Positions 10,078-18,534 of a DNA stretch of 64,000 nucleotides are shown piece after piece. The stretch comes from Desulfosudaceae bacterium. GTDB taxonomy: Bacteria; Desulfobacterota; Desulfobacteria; Desulfobacterales; Desulfosudaceae. The notes beneath the pieces are model-generated. The model was given only the letters and a program-made list of their open reading frames with translations. It was not told the DNA's origin and ran no database searches. Made by a program: the position numbers and the translations under genes. The stretch lies in assembly GCA_963674745.2 (NCBI GenBank), contig CAXXDV010000003.1:512001-576000 (forward strand), given 5' to 3'. Every line of letters begins with the position of its first letter. The stretch's first letter is position 1.

Positions 10078-10247
10078 GTAGGGGCGACCGGCCGGTCGCC
10101 CTCGCACACGGGGCTGACGCCCTCCAGCACCCCGTAGGGGCACGGCGTGCCGTGCCCTTTTGCTTGCGCCCCGAATCCGAAAAACAGGGCACGGCACGCC
10201 GTGCCCCTACAATATTCCCGAACGGCCTCGAACCCTGAACCCTGAAC
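10078..10247. repeat. GTAG-REP cluster (one GGGCGACC-type plus an inverted pair of GGGCACGG-type) and heptamer run
   Basis: Hairpins at about 10078, 10135 and 10187-10210 between convergent genes. Confidence 0.85.
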
Positions 10248-10248
10248 C

Positions 10249-11247
10249 TCATCCCTGTTTTTTCGCCACCAGTACTTCGGTCGGCAAATGCGGACACGGC
10301 CCGGGATAAATCATCACTTCTTCCATGCCGGCCGGTTTTAAAAAATCCATCCAGACGTCGGCGGCCACATTCTTCCAGTACCCTTTGTCATGCATTTGGG
10401 CCGCCATCTTTGCCCAGCGAATCTGCCAGGGCGCGAAATCCAGCACCACCGGCAGGCCCAGGGGCGTGGTCAGGTAAAGCCGGATTTTGCTGAGGATGCC
10501 GTGGGCTTTTTTAAAACTGATCTTGTCGGTCATGGTAGATGTGACCAGGTGGCCGCCGGGCTTGATACAGCGGGCGATTTCGCGCAGGATCAGGGGCTGC
10601 TCCTCAATGGTGGCATAGTTCCCGGTCAGGGAAAATACGATAATATCCTGGCTGCCTGAAGCCAGCGGCGCCATCAGCCGGAAATTCCATTTTCGGATGG
10701 AGATCATCCCCTTGATCAGCGCGCCGCAGGCGATAAGATCCGTTACCGTTTGTTCCAGGCAGGAGAGGTTGTTGTCGTCAAATTCGGTGACCATGATTCG
10801 GGCGTCGGGTTTGGCCAGCCGCATGTATTTTTTGTCGATCTCTTTGTATGTGCCTTTGATTCGGTTCGGGGCCATGGATTCAAAGACGCCTGCAGCCAGC
10901 CCGACCTTGATCAGGTCCCGCCCGCTGCCGGCGGAAAGGATGGTGATGACGGGTGCCCGACCGGGCGCTACCAGTTTCAGACCGTTTTCAATATTGCCCC
11001 AGAAACCGCTGCGTTTACGGCCCTCATACCACTCGTAACGGAAAATCTCCTGGTACATTTTATGGTTTTTGTCCCGCCGCCGGCTGGTGGACAGGTATGT
11101 CCGCCAGATGTGCTCCTCCTGTTGCCGGGCTTCCGGGTTCTGTGGCGGACAGACGGGAAAAGCCCCGGCATTGTCATTATAAACAGATGCCGGTATAAAA
11201 CCGTTTTCATCGGCCAGTGCTTCAATTTCCTGCCAGGATTTCTCCAT
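10249..11247 (-). CDS. Class I SAM-dependent methyltransferase-like protein
   Basis: ILSAGSGRD glycine loop; QDIIVFS...ILREIARCIKPGGHL post-motif. Confidence 0.65.
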   Translation of the reverse strand: MEKSWQEIEALADENGFIPASVYNDNAGAFPVCPPQNPEARQQEEHIWRTYLSTSRRRDKNHKMYQEIFRYEWYEGRKRSGFWGNIENGLKLVAPGRAPVITILSAGSGRDLIKVGLAAGVFESMAPNRIKGTYKEIDKKYMRLAKPDARIMVTEFDDNNLSCLEQTVTDLIACGALIKGMISIRKWNFRLMAPLASGSQDIIVFSLTGNYATIEEQPLILREIARCIKPGGHLVTSTMTDKISFKKAHGILSKIRLYLTTPLGLPVVLDFAPWQIRWAKMAAQMHDKGYWKNVAADVWMDFLKPAGMEEVMIYPGPCPHLPTEVLVAKKQG

Positions 11248-11336
11248 TGATTAGGCCCTCGACACTAAAGCGGTTTAATCTATCAGAATTGGCGGAATGT
11301 TATCATAAAGCGACGGAAACGCAAAATCATCTGCAA

Positions 11337-11446
11337 GGGCGACCAGCGAGTCGCCCCCGTACGCCCATGGCACCCACCCGTAGGGGCACGGCGTGCCGTG
11401 CCCGATTGTGAACCACGTCCATGTAGGGGCGACCGGCGGGTCGCCC
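11337..11446. repeat. GTAG-REP cluster (three hairpins)
   Basis: GGGCGACCAGCGAGTCGCCC, GTAGGGGCACGGCGTGCCGTGCCC, GTAGGGGCGACCGGCGGGTCGCCC. Confidence 0.8.
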
Positions 11447-11569
11447 TAAATCTCAACCCCCGTTCTTTCCCTCGCGCAACGGGCCACGCCCATTCGCACA
11501 CCCCGTCAACCTAACCCTAAAACCCTGAAACTTTAAAACCATAAAACCGCCTGCCAAGTAGGCTGAACC

Positions 11570-12934
11570 TCAGTTTTGCGGTTCAATCACCCTGCCCATA
11601 AACAGCACCGCATTGGTAACACTGTCGCGGATCAGAAAGATAAACGGCCGGTCAGCCGAAATAACGATCGGATCCGGATTTACAGTCGTTTCGGCCATAA
11701 CCACCGCCGTGGCCGCCGCGGCTTCCGTGCCTTCTTCATCCACCGCGATAAAGGCCTTGTGATAGATGTCGTCAATCCACGGAGCGGTTTCGGCCGGGTC
11801 CGCCATACCGGAAAAGTCAGCCAGATTGGGATCAAACGCTTTGGTCATGCCCAGGTCCATCATGATTTTTTTGCATGAAACCTCAAACTCAAAGGTGAAC
11901 TTCGGAAGACTCAGCATGATATCACCGATGGACAGGGCCGCCACAATGGTTTTCAGCTGATCGGCGTCCAGTCCGCCGGACACGGCCTCGAAGCGTTGGT
12001 CTTTCGGAATTATGACCAGCATGGACAATTCCAGGGGATATTCGTATTCCGCGTACCCGGCGCTGACATACGGCAGCTCAACCGCATCAAACAGGTCATC
12101 CCGGTAAAACCGGGTGTCCACACGCTGACGCATCATGGGAACGGTAACTATGGAATCATCCAGGCAGGTAAACGGCTGATCGGTAGTCGCATTTTCTTCA
12201 AAGGCCGAATGCCAGGACGCCTTGAAATAAATGGCATTGGTCAGCACCAGGACGGTAAAACTGGTAATGGAGCCCGGTGGCAGCAGATTGATGATCTTTT
12301 CGTTGGTCTGTTCCTCAACCCACTGGTTGATCGTCTGCCGGCTCTCGTCCGGGGCGCCGTAAAAGTCGAGCAGCCGGACACCGGCATCATAATGGGTCGC
12401 CAGCGTATCCAGGTAAGCGGGCAGCAGGGGATACCCGTCCTGGCTCCAGACGGCATTGACCAGGTTCAGCTGAAACGCGTCTCCATCCCACGGGGCCTGG
12501 TCGTCCCGGCTGTTTAAATCGATATTCAGGCCGTTTAAGGCCGGATGAAACGCTTCCTCTGAAAGGGTGATGCCAAGCGCGTCAGCCATTTCCGCGGCCG
12601 TGTCGTTTTCCGCTCCGGCCCAGGTCATGGCCAGGGCATTGATGATGCTGTATGACGAAAAAAAGATGTTTTTATCGTCCATGTCCGGTTCGGCTTCAAG
12701 CTGGTGAAAAAAATCAAAGGTAAAATCGATCAGGCCGCTGACCAGGGCCTGCTGATCGGCCGGTGTAAAAGCCGGTGAATCGTCATAGGGCAGGGCGGAC
12801 CTGGCAACCCCGTTTTCGCCCGTCGTTCCGCCCGAGCCGCTGCCGCTGCCGCCGGTGCCGATAAGGCACAGAATACCGAAAATAATCATGCCCGACAGCA
12901 ATACCAGACGGATATGATAAAAGATGCGATTCAT
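11570..12934 (-). CDS. Serpin family protease inhibitor (exported or membrane-anchored)
   Basis: NIFFSSYSI, INQWVEEQTNEKI, NAIYFKASW, DEEGTEAAAATAV hinge, ADRPFIFLIRD...LFMGRV. Confidence 0.95.
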   Translation of the reverse strand: MNRIFYHIRLVLLSGMIIFGILCLIGTGGSGSGSGGTTGENGVARSALPYDDSPAFTPADQQALVSGLIDFTFDFFHQLEAEPDMDDKNIFFSSYSIINALAMTWAGAENDTAAEMADALGITLSEEAFHPALNGLNIDLNSRDDQAPWDGDAFQLNLVNAVWSQDGYPLLPAYLDTLATHYDAGVRLLDFYGAPDESRQTINQWVEEQTNEKIINLLPPGSITSFTVLVLTNAIYFKASWHSAFEENATTDQPFTCLDDSIVTVPMMRQRVDTRFYRDDLFDAVELPYVSAGYAEYEYPLELSMLVIIPKDQRFEAVSGGLDADQLKTIVAALSIGDIMLSLPKFTFEFEVSCKKIMMDLGMTKAFDPNLADFSGMADPAETAPWIDDIYHKAFIAVDEEGTEAAAATAVVMAETTVNPDPIVISADRPFIFLIRDSVTNAVLFMGRVIEPQN

Positions 12935-13090
12935 GCCTGCTCCTTGTGCTCAATGGTGGTTGTTTTAACGAAAGATTTTTCAAAAAGGCGTTTATTTGAA
13001 TGTCGCTGGATCTTAATTATCATAATTTTATCATAAGTTCCAAAATAAACACAAAAAGAGACGACCCTGCGCCCGTGCACCCGTACATAC

Positions 13091-13212
13091 GGGCGACCCG
13101 CCGGTCGCCCCTACGGACCGTGGCGGGTGTCCATGAATAATGTAGGGGCAGGCCCCCGTGCCTGCCCGGTGAAGGGCACCCACAGGGGGGTGCCCCTACA
13201 TGCGCACAAACC
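13091..13212. repeat. Composite GTAG-REP cassette, copy 3
   Basis: Near-identical to copies 1 and 2, except the loop of the first hairpin is reverse-complemented. Confidence 0.9.
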
Positions 13213-13311
13213 TCGCCCTCCGCACCCCGATCCCCAAAAATGTTGACACTTTTCGTCCATCCTGTTATGGATTTCGGCCATACCTGCAACTATTCGTTTA
13301 ACCTGTAAAAT

Positions 13312-14091
13312 ATGGATTTCATTGTGAAGGGCAATCCACGAAAAGAATTTCTATACGGCATGCACCCGGTTCATGCGGCACTGTCCGCCGGTCGGCGGCG
13401 TGTATATGAGATATATGTGGCCGGTGCCGGCAGCCGGAAAAAACGGTTTGCCCCGATTTTTGAGCTGGCGAAAAAAGCCGGTACCAGGATCACCGACACC
13501 ACCGGGGAGCAGATCGAGCGGATGACCGGTGCCGGCGCCCATCAGGGCATTGCCGCACAGGTTGATCAATACCCGATGTTGTCGGTGGAAACCCTGCCGG
13601 CGGTCGAAAATTTTTCAGCAGATGCGCTTCTGTTGATCGCGGACGGCATCGTTGACCCCCACAACCTGGGCGCGCTGATCAGGACCGGTGCCTGCGTTGG
13701 TGTTGACGGGGTGATTATTCCCAAGGACAACGCCGCCTCACCCACACCGGCTGTTTCAAAAGCCTCGGCCGGTGCCCTGGAATATATGGCGGTTGCCCGG
13801 GAAACCAACATCGCCCGCACCCTGGACCGGCTCAAGGAAGTGGGGTTCTGGGTTGCCGGCCTCGACAGTTCGGGTGAAATATCTGTTTTTGAAGCGAATT
13901 TGAACGGCCCCATGGCCCTGGTCATCGGTGGCGAGGACCGGGGCATCCGGCGACTGGTCAGGGAAAAATGCGACATGATCGTTTCCATCCCGCAGAAAAG
14001 CACCGTCAATTCCTTAAACGCCTCGGTCGCCGGCGGGGTGGCCATGTACGAAATCCTCAGGCAAAGAACATCGAAGTTGTTAAGTGATTAA
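13312..14091 (+). CDS. rlmB: 23S rRNA (guanosine-2251-2'-O)-methyltransferase
   Basis: LYGMHPV, HQGI.A, DPHNLGALIRT, KASAGA, GGEDRG, SLNASVA SpoU motifs. Confidence 0.93.
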   Translation: MDFIVKGNPRKEFLYGMHPVHAALSAGRRRVYEIYVAGAGSRKKRFAPIFELAKKAGTRITDTTGEQIERMTGAGAHQGIAAQVDQYPMLSVETLPAVENFSADALLLIADGIVDPHNLGALIRTGACVGVDGVIIPKDNAASPTPAVSKASAGALEYMAVARETNIARTLDRLKEVGFWVAGLDSSGEISVFEANLNGPMALVIGGEDRGIRRLVREKCDMIVSIPQKSTVNSLNASVAGGVAMYEILRQRTSKLLSD

Positions 14092-14635
14092 GTGATTAAG
14101 TGATTAAGTGATTATGTGATTATGTGGCGCAAGGCTGTTCAGCTTTCCAGAAAAGTTGATGGTTTTAAAGTGTTAGGGTGTTAAAGTTTTAAAAGCACGA
14201 TGGATAAATAACAGTTCATATGTCAAAAACTATCGGCCGTTGCTTGCTTCAGACCATGTAGGGGCGACCCGCCGGTCGCCCGTACAGGACAAAGACGGAT
14301 GCCAAGGCGTAGGGGCACGGCGTGCCGTGCCCTTTTGCCGGGGTTCAAGGTTCAAGGCTCGACGTTCCGGGGCCTATGGCTGTCTGCGAATATTGTAGGG
14401 GCGACCGGCTGGTCGCCCGAACAAATGGGCGCCACGAACGTAGGGGCGACCGGCGGGTCGCCCGCTGAAGGACACCCACAGGGCGCCGCCCCAATAACTT
14501 GATTTTTTTAGGCTGGTCTTTAATTATGAAAAAAGCCATAATTTCATGACTGACCTAACCACCTAACCACATAACCACATAAACACTTAAACACTTAACC
14601 ACATAAACATTTAATCACCTAAACACCTAAAACCG
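14081..14635. repeat. Inverted octamer arrays bracketing a GTAG-REP cluster
   Basis: (TAAGTGAT)4(TATGTGAT) at 14081-14128; REPs at 14258, 14309, 14395, 14440; complementary TAA(C/A/T)CAC(A/T/C) x10 at 14556-14635. Confidence 0.85.
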
Positions 14636-14710
14636 ATAACTTTTGAATGATGGTTATTAAATTTCAGTAACAACTGGAGATGGTATCTGACCAAACAGAA
14701 AGGAATTTCT

Positions 14711-15937
14711 ATGTCCGAAGCAGCAAAAATTACAAAAAACAACGATGGTTCATTAAATGTCCCGAATTGTCCGATTATCCCTTTTATCGAGGGTGACGGC
14801 ATCGGCCCGGATATCTGGAAAGCGACACAAATGGTCATGGACGCGGCTGTTGAATCGGCATACGCCGGCAAAAAGAAAATTGCCTGGCTGGAGGTCTATG
14901 CCGGGGAAAAAGCCCATGAAAAAACCGGCCAGTGGCTGCCCGAAGAGACCCTGGACACCATCAGAGAGCATGTGGTCGCCATAAAAGGCCCGTTGACAAC
15001 GCCGGTAGGCGAGGGCATGCGCAGCCTGAACGTGACCATCCGGCAGCGGCTGGATCTGTACGCCTGTGTCCGGCCAGTCAAATATATTGACCCCATCCCC
15101 AGCCCCATGAAAAATCCGGAAAAAGTGGACATGGTCGTTTTTCGTGAAAATACCGAAGATGTTTACGCCGGCATCGAGTGGGAAGCGAAAAGCCCGGAAG
15201 CCGAGCGGGTGATTGCCTTTCTGGAAAAAGAGATGGGGGCATCCATACCGGAAAACGCCGGCATCGGCATCAAGCCCATCAGTGAAATCAATACCCGGCG
15301 GCTGGTGGCCCGGGCCATCAATTACGCCATCGACAAGGGCAGGGCCTCGGTCACCCTGATGCACAAGGGCAATATCATGAAATTCACCGAAGGCGCTTTC
15401 CGCACCTGGGGGTACAAGACCGCCAGTGACCTGTTCGCCGACAAGGTCGTCATCGAACAGGAGCTGTGGGACAAGTACGACGGCGTGGCCCCGGCCGGTA
15501 AAGTGGTCATCAAGGACCGCATCGCCGACATGCTTTTTCAGCAGATCCTGCTGCGGCCCGACGAGTACGATGTCATTGCCTGCCCCAACCTGAACGGGGA
15601 TTATATTTCAGACGCCCTGGCAGCCCAGGTGGGCGGTCTGGGCATGGCCCCGGGCGCCAACATCAGCGACGAGTGCGCCGTGTTCGAAGCCACCCACGGC
15701 ACCGCCCCCAAATACGCCGGCCAGGACAAGGTCAACCCCGGATCGCTGATTCTTTCCGGTGCCATGATGCTCGAGCACATGGGCTGGCAGAAAGCGGCCG
15801 ATATGATCTTTACGGCCATGCAGCAGGCCATTGCCGATGGTGAGGTCACATACGACCTGGCCCGTCAGATCGAAGGTGCCCGTGAAGTCAAATGCTCGGC
15901 CTTTGCCGCCAACGTGTGCGCCAAACTGGCCCTGTAG
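14711..15937 (+). CDS. icd: NADP-dependent isocitrate dehydrogenase
   Basis: [62 protein letters not shown]. Confidence 0.97.
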   Translation: MSEAAKITKNNDGSLNVPNCPIIPFIEGDGIGPDIWKATQMVMDAAVESAYAGKKKIAWLEVYAGEKAHEKTGQWLPEETLDTIREHVVAIKGPLTTPVGEGMRSLNVTIRQRLDLYACVRPVKYIDPIPSPMKNPEKVDMVVFRENTEDVYAGIEWEAKSPEAERVIAFLEKEMGASIPENAGIGIKPISEINTRRLVARAINYAIDKGRASVTLMHKGNIMKFTEGAFRTWGYKTASDLFADKVVIEQELWDKYDGVAPAGKVVIKDRIADMLFQQILLRPDEYDVIACPNLNGDYISDALAAQVGGLGMAPGANISDECAVFEATHGTAPKYAGQDKVNPGSLILSGAMMLEHMGWQKAADMIFTAMQQAIADGEVTYDLARQIEGAREVKCSAFAANVCAKLAL

Positions 15938-15946
15938 GGGCACGGC

Positions 15947-16732
15947 GTGCTCAACAATATCTTTCATTCGGTAATGGACGCCGTCTATCCGCCCCTGTGC
16001 GGCGTCTGCGGCAACTTTTTTGCCGTGCCTGAGGAAAACCCCGGCAACCCCACGTTTGCCGGACTCATGGCCAAGCATGTCTGCCCGGAGTGCGCCGCGG
16101 CGTTCACACCCGTCAGTGGGCCCATGTGTACGGCCTGCGGCATCATGTTCAAAAGCCGCAACACCCACGACCACCTTTGCGGTGAGTGCCGCCGGGTGCC
16201 GAAATTTTTCCGGTCCGCCCGCGCGGCCGGGGTCTATGAAACGTCGTTGATGACAGCCCTGCAGCAGTTAAAGTACAGGGGGCGGACCGAACTGGCGCAG
16301 CCCCTGGGCGGCCTGCTGTGGTCGTCCTTTCATCGCTGGCATGCACCGGAAGCGGTGGATATGATCATGCCCGTCCCCCTGCATGCCAGAAAACAGCGCC
16401 AGCGGGGGTTCAACCAGGCCTGGCTCCTGATCCGAAACGGCCGGGGGGAAGCGGCTGACGGGCACACCTTGCGGCCGTTGAAAAAAGCGGCTAAAAACCT
16501 GCTGGTCAGAACCCGCATGACCCGCTCCCAGACCAAACTGTCCCGGCGGGAACGCCTGGATAATGTCCGCGGCGCGTTTGCCCTGAAGGATAAAGCGGCT
16601 GTGAACGGCCGCTCTGTTTTACTGGTGGATGATGTCTTTACCACCGGCGCCACGGTCAACGAATGCGCCCGGGTCCTGACCGCCGCCGGGGCTACCAGGG
16701 TTGACGTGCTGACCGTGGCACGGGTAAGGTAG
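15947..16732 (+). CDS. comF: ComF family protein (double zinc ribbon plus phosphoribosyltransferase)
   Basis: CxxC repeats, PVPLH, RGFNQA, LLVDDVFTTGAT. Confidence 0.9.
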   Translation: MLNNIFHSVMDAVYPPLCGVCGNFFAVPEENPGNPTFAGLMAKHVCPECAAAFTPVSGPMCTACGIMFKSRNTHDHLCGECRRVPKFFRSARAAGVYETSLMTALQQLKYRGRTELAQPLGGLLWSSFHRWHAPEAVDMIMPVPLHARKQRQRGFNQAWLLIRNGRGEAADGHTLRPLKKAAKNLLVRTRMTRSQTKLSRRERLDNVRGAFALKDKAAVNGRSVLLVDDVFTTGATVNECARVLTAAGATRVDVLTVARVR

Positions 16733-16799
16733 GACAGGTGCGCAGGGCAGGGCTTAGGCGTCTCACTGCGGTTTGAAAAGGCCTTGCGGAAATGCAAAC

Positions 16800-17030
16800 G
16801 GTTTTAAGGTGTTAAAGTTTTATGGTTTTAGGGCTCGGGGTTCAATGTTCGAGGTAGACCGCAAAACGCTGTAGGGGCGACCGGCGGGTCGCCCTTGGAC
16901 ATGGGCGACCCGCCGGTCGCCCCTACATGGTCCGAAGCAAGCAGCGGCCGACAATTTTTGATATATGAATTGTCGTTTATCCATAGCGTCTTTAAAACCT
17001 TAAAACCTAAAACCTTAAAATCTTTAACTT
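16800..17030. repeat. Inverted octamer arrays bracketing an inverted REP pair
   Basis: GGTTTTAA-like units 16800-16832; REPs 16871-16926; TTAAAACC-like units 16991-17030. Confidence 0.8.
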
Positions 17031-17052
17031 CCTAACATCAAAAGCGCTTGTT

Positions 17053-17841
17053 ATGTCAAAAAAACTACACGCCGGCATTGTCCAATTCGACGTCAAAACC
17101 GCCGACCCCGAAGAAAATCTAACCCGTGCCCTTTCGGGTATAACCGCGCTGGCAGAAGCGGGCGTACAAGTCGCTGTCCTGCCCGAGCTTTGGACCGGGG
17201 GCTTTCACGATAACATTGCGGCCGACGCCCGGCAGACCCCACCCATTCTGGAAGCACTGTCCGAAACCGCCGCTGCCTGCCGCATGGTCATCGCCGGATC
17301 AATGGCTGAAGCCACCGACCAGGGGATCTACAATACCCTTTATGTGCATGACAGCGATGGCACGCTGGTCGGGAAATACAGGAAAACCCACCTGTTTACA
17401 GCCACCGGTGAAGACCGGTCGTTTCTGGCCGGTGATCAGGCCGTGGTCTGCAGGACAACCGCCGGCATTTTCGGCCTGGTGATTTGCTATGATGTGCGGT
17501 TCCCGGAATTCTGTCTGTCCCTGGCCTTAAAAGGGGCGGACGGGCTTATTGTCTGCGCCGAATGGCCGACGTCGCGGATTCATCACTGGGACGCCCTGCT
17601 GTGTGCCCGGGCCATTGAAAACCAGCTGCCGGTTCTGGCGGCCAACCGTTGCGGCAAAGACGCGACAATCCTTTACGGCGGCCATTCACAGATCGTGACC
17701 GCGACCGGTAATGTTGCCGTATCCGCCGACGACACGGAAACCACCGCCATCCATGCCGTCCTTGACCGGGCAGAACAGGACCGCTTCCGCAAATCCATCC
17801 CCAGCTTGAAAGAACGACGACCGGATGTATATGGGATTTAG
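17053..17841 (+). CDS. Carbon-nitrogen hydrolase (nitrilase/omega-amidase family)
   Basis: LPELW, YRKTHLF, ICYDVRFPE (E-K-C triad), ARAIENQ. Confidence 0.92.
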   Translation: MSKKLHAGIVQFDVKTADPEENLTRALSGITALAEAGVQVAVLPELWTGGFHDNIAADARQTPPILEALSETAAACRMVIAGSMAEATDQGIYNTLYVHDSDGTLVGKYRKTHLFTATGEDRSFLAGDQAVVCRTTAGIFGLVICYDVRFPEFCLSLALKGADGLIVCAEWPTSRIHHWDALLCARAIENQLPVLAANRCGKDATILYGGHSQIVTATGNVAVSADDTETTAIHAVLDRAEQDRFRKSIPSLKERRPDVYGI

Positions 17842-17873
17842 GTTCGTGGTTCAGGTTGCCTGCGAATGGTGTT

Positions 17874-18170
17874 GGGGCGACCCGCCGGTCGCCCCTACAC
17901 TCGAACCTGAAATCCATCTTTTCCGCGTCGTGCCGGACCCCGATCCGGCATCCGGATATTCCGCCTATCCACCAAATTCTGTACTGTTTTTAGAAGGCCG
18001 AATATTGGGGACGGAAACACACGTAGGGGCACCCCCCTGTGGGTGCCCTCCACCGGGCAGGCACGGGGGCCTGCCCCTACAACATTTGAGGATTGCCCTT
18101 GAACCCCGAGCTTCAAACCCAAAACCTCAAACCTCGAACCTAAACCCCTAAAACCGCCCGCGCAGCGGGC
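17874..18170. repeat. Mixed REP cluster (GTAG and CGTC types, heptamers, GCGCAGC hairpin)
   Basis: GGGCGACC hairpin 17874, CGTCGTGCCGGA...TCCGGCATCC about 17926, GTAG pair 18023-18080, GCCCGCGCAGCGGGC 18156-18170. Confidence 0.8.
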
Positions 18171-18174
18171 GAAC

Positions 18175-18519
18175 CTACTTATCCGTCTTCTGCTGCGACG
18201 CGTCATTCCCCGGCAGAACCACCAGGTTGGACTTGTCTTTTTTAAATTTCAGCCCCTGGTTGGATTTTCCCACCTCTTCAATGGACAGGATGGTATAAAT
18301 GGACAGGTGCAGGGATTTGACATCCTCAAAACGTTTTTGCTGTGTCTCTTCGTTGGGGTTGACCACCAGTGAGTCTGTATCAAATATAAAATCCGATATG
18401 GACACAAAACTGATGCCCAGTGTCGAGTCCGTCACGGTTCTGGCTTTTAATGTCTGAATTTTTCCCTCTGCCGGTTCGCGATAGGTAATCCGGTAACAGG
18501 TTTCTGGTTTTTTTCGCAT
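18175..18519 (-). CDS. DUF1820-like hypothetical protein
   Basis: YRITY...ISDFIF....VVNP.EE...KRFEDVKSLHL....ILSIEEV pattern. Confidence 0.65.
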   Translation of the reverse strand: MRKKPETCYRITYREPAEGKIQTLKARTVTDSTLGISFVSISDFIFDTDSLVVNPNEETQQKRFEDVKSLHLSIYTILSIEEVGKSNQGLKFKKDKSNLVVLPGNDASQQKTDK

Positions 18520-18534
18520 TGATGCCTTTCTGAA

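Noticed and set aside
5959..14500. REP hairpins as integron attC sites
   Set aside because: No RYYYAAC/GTTRRRY ends, no integrase, and the flanking genes are housekeeping genes.
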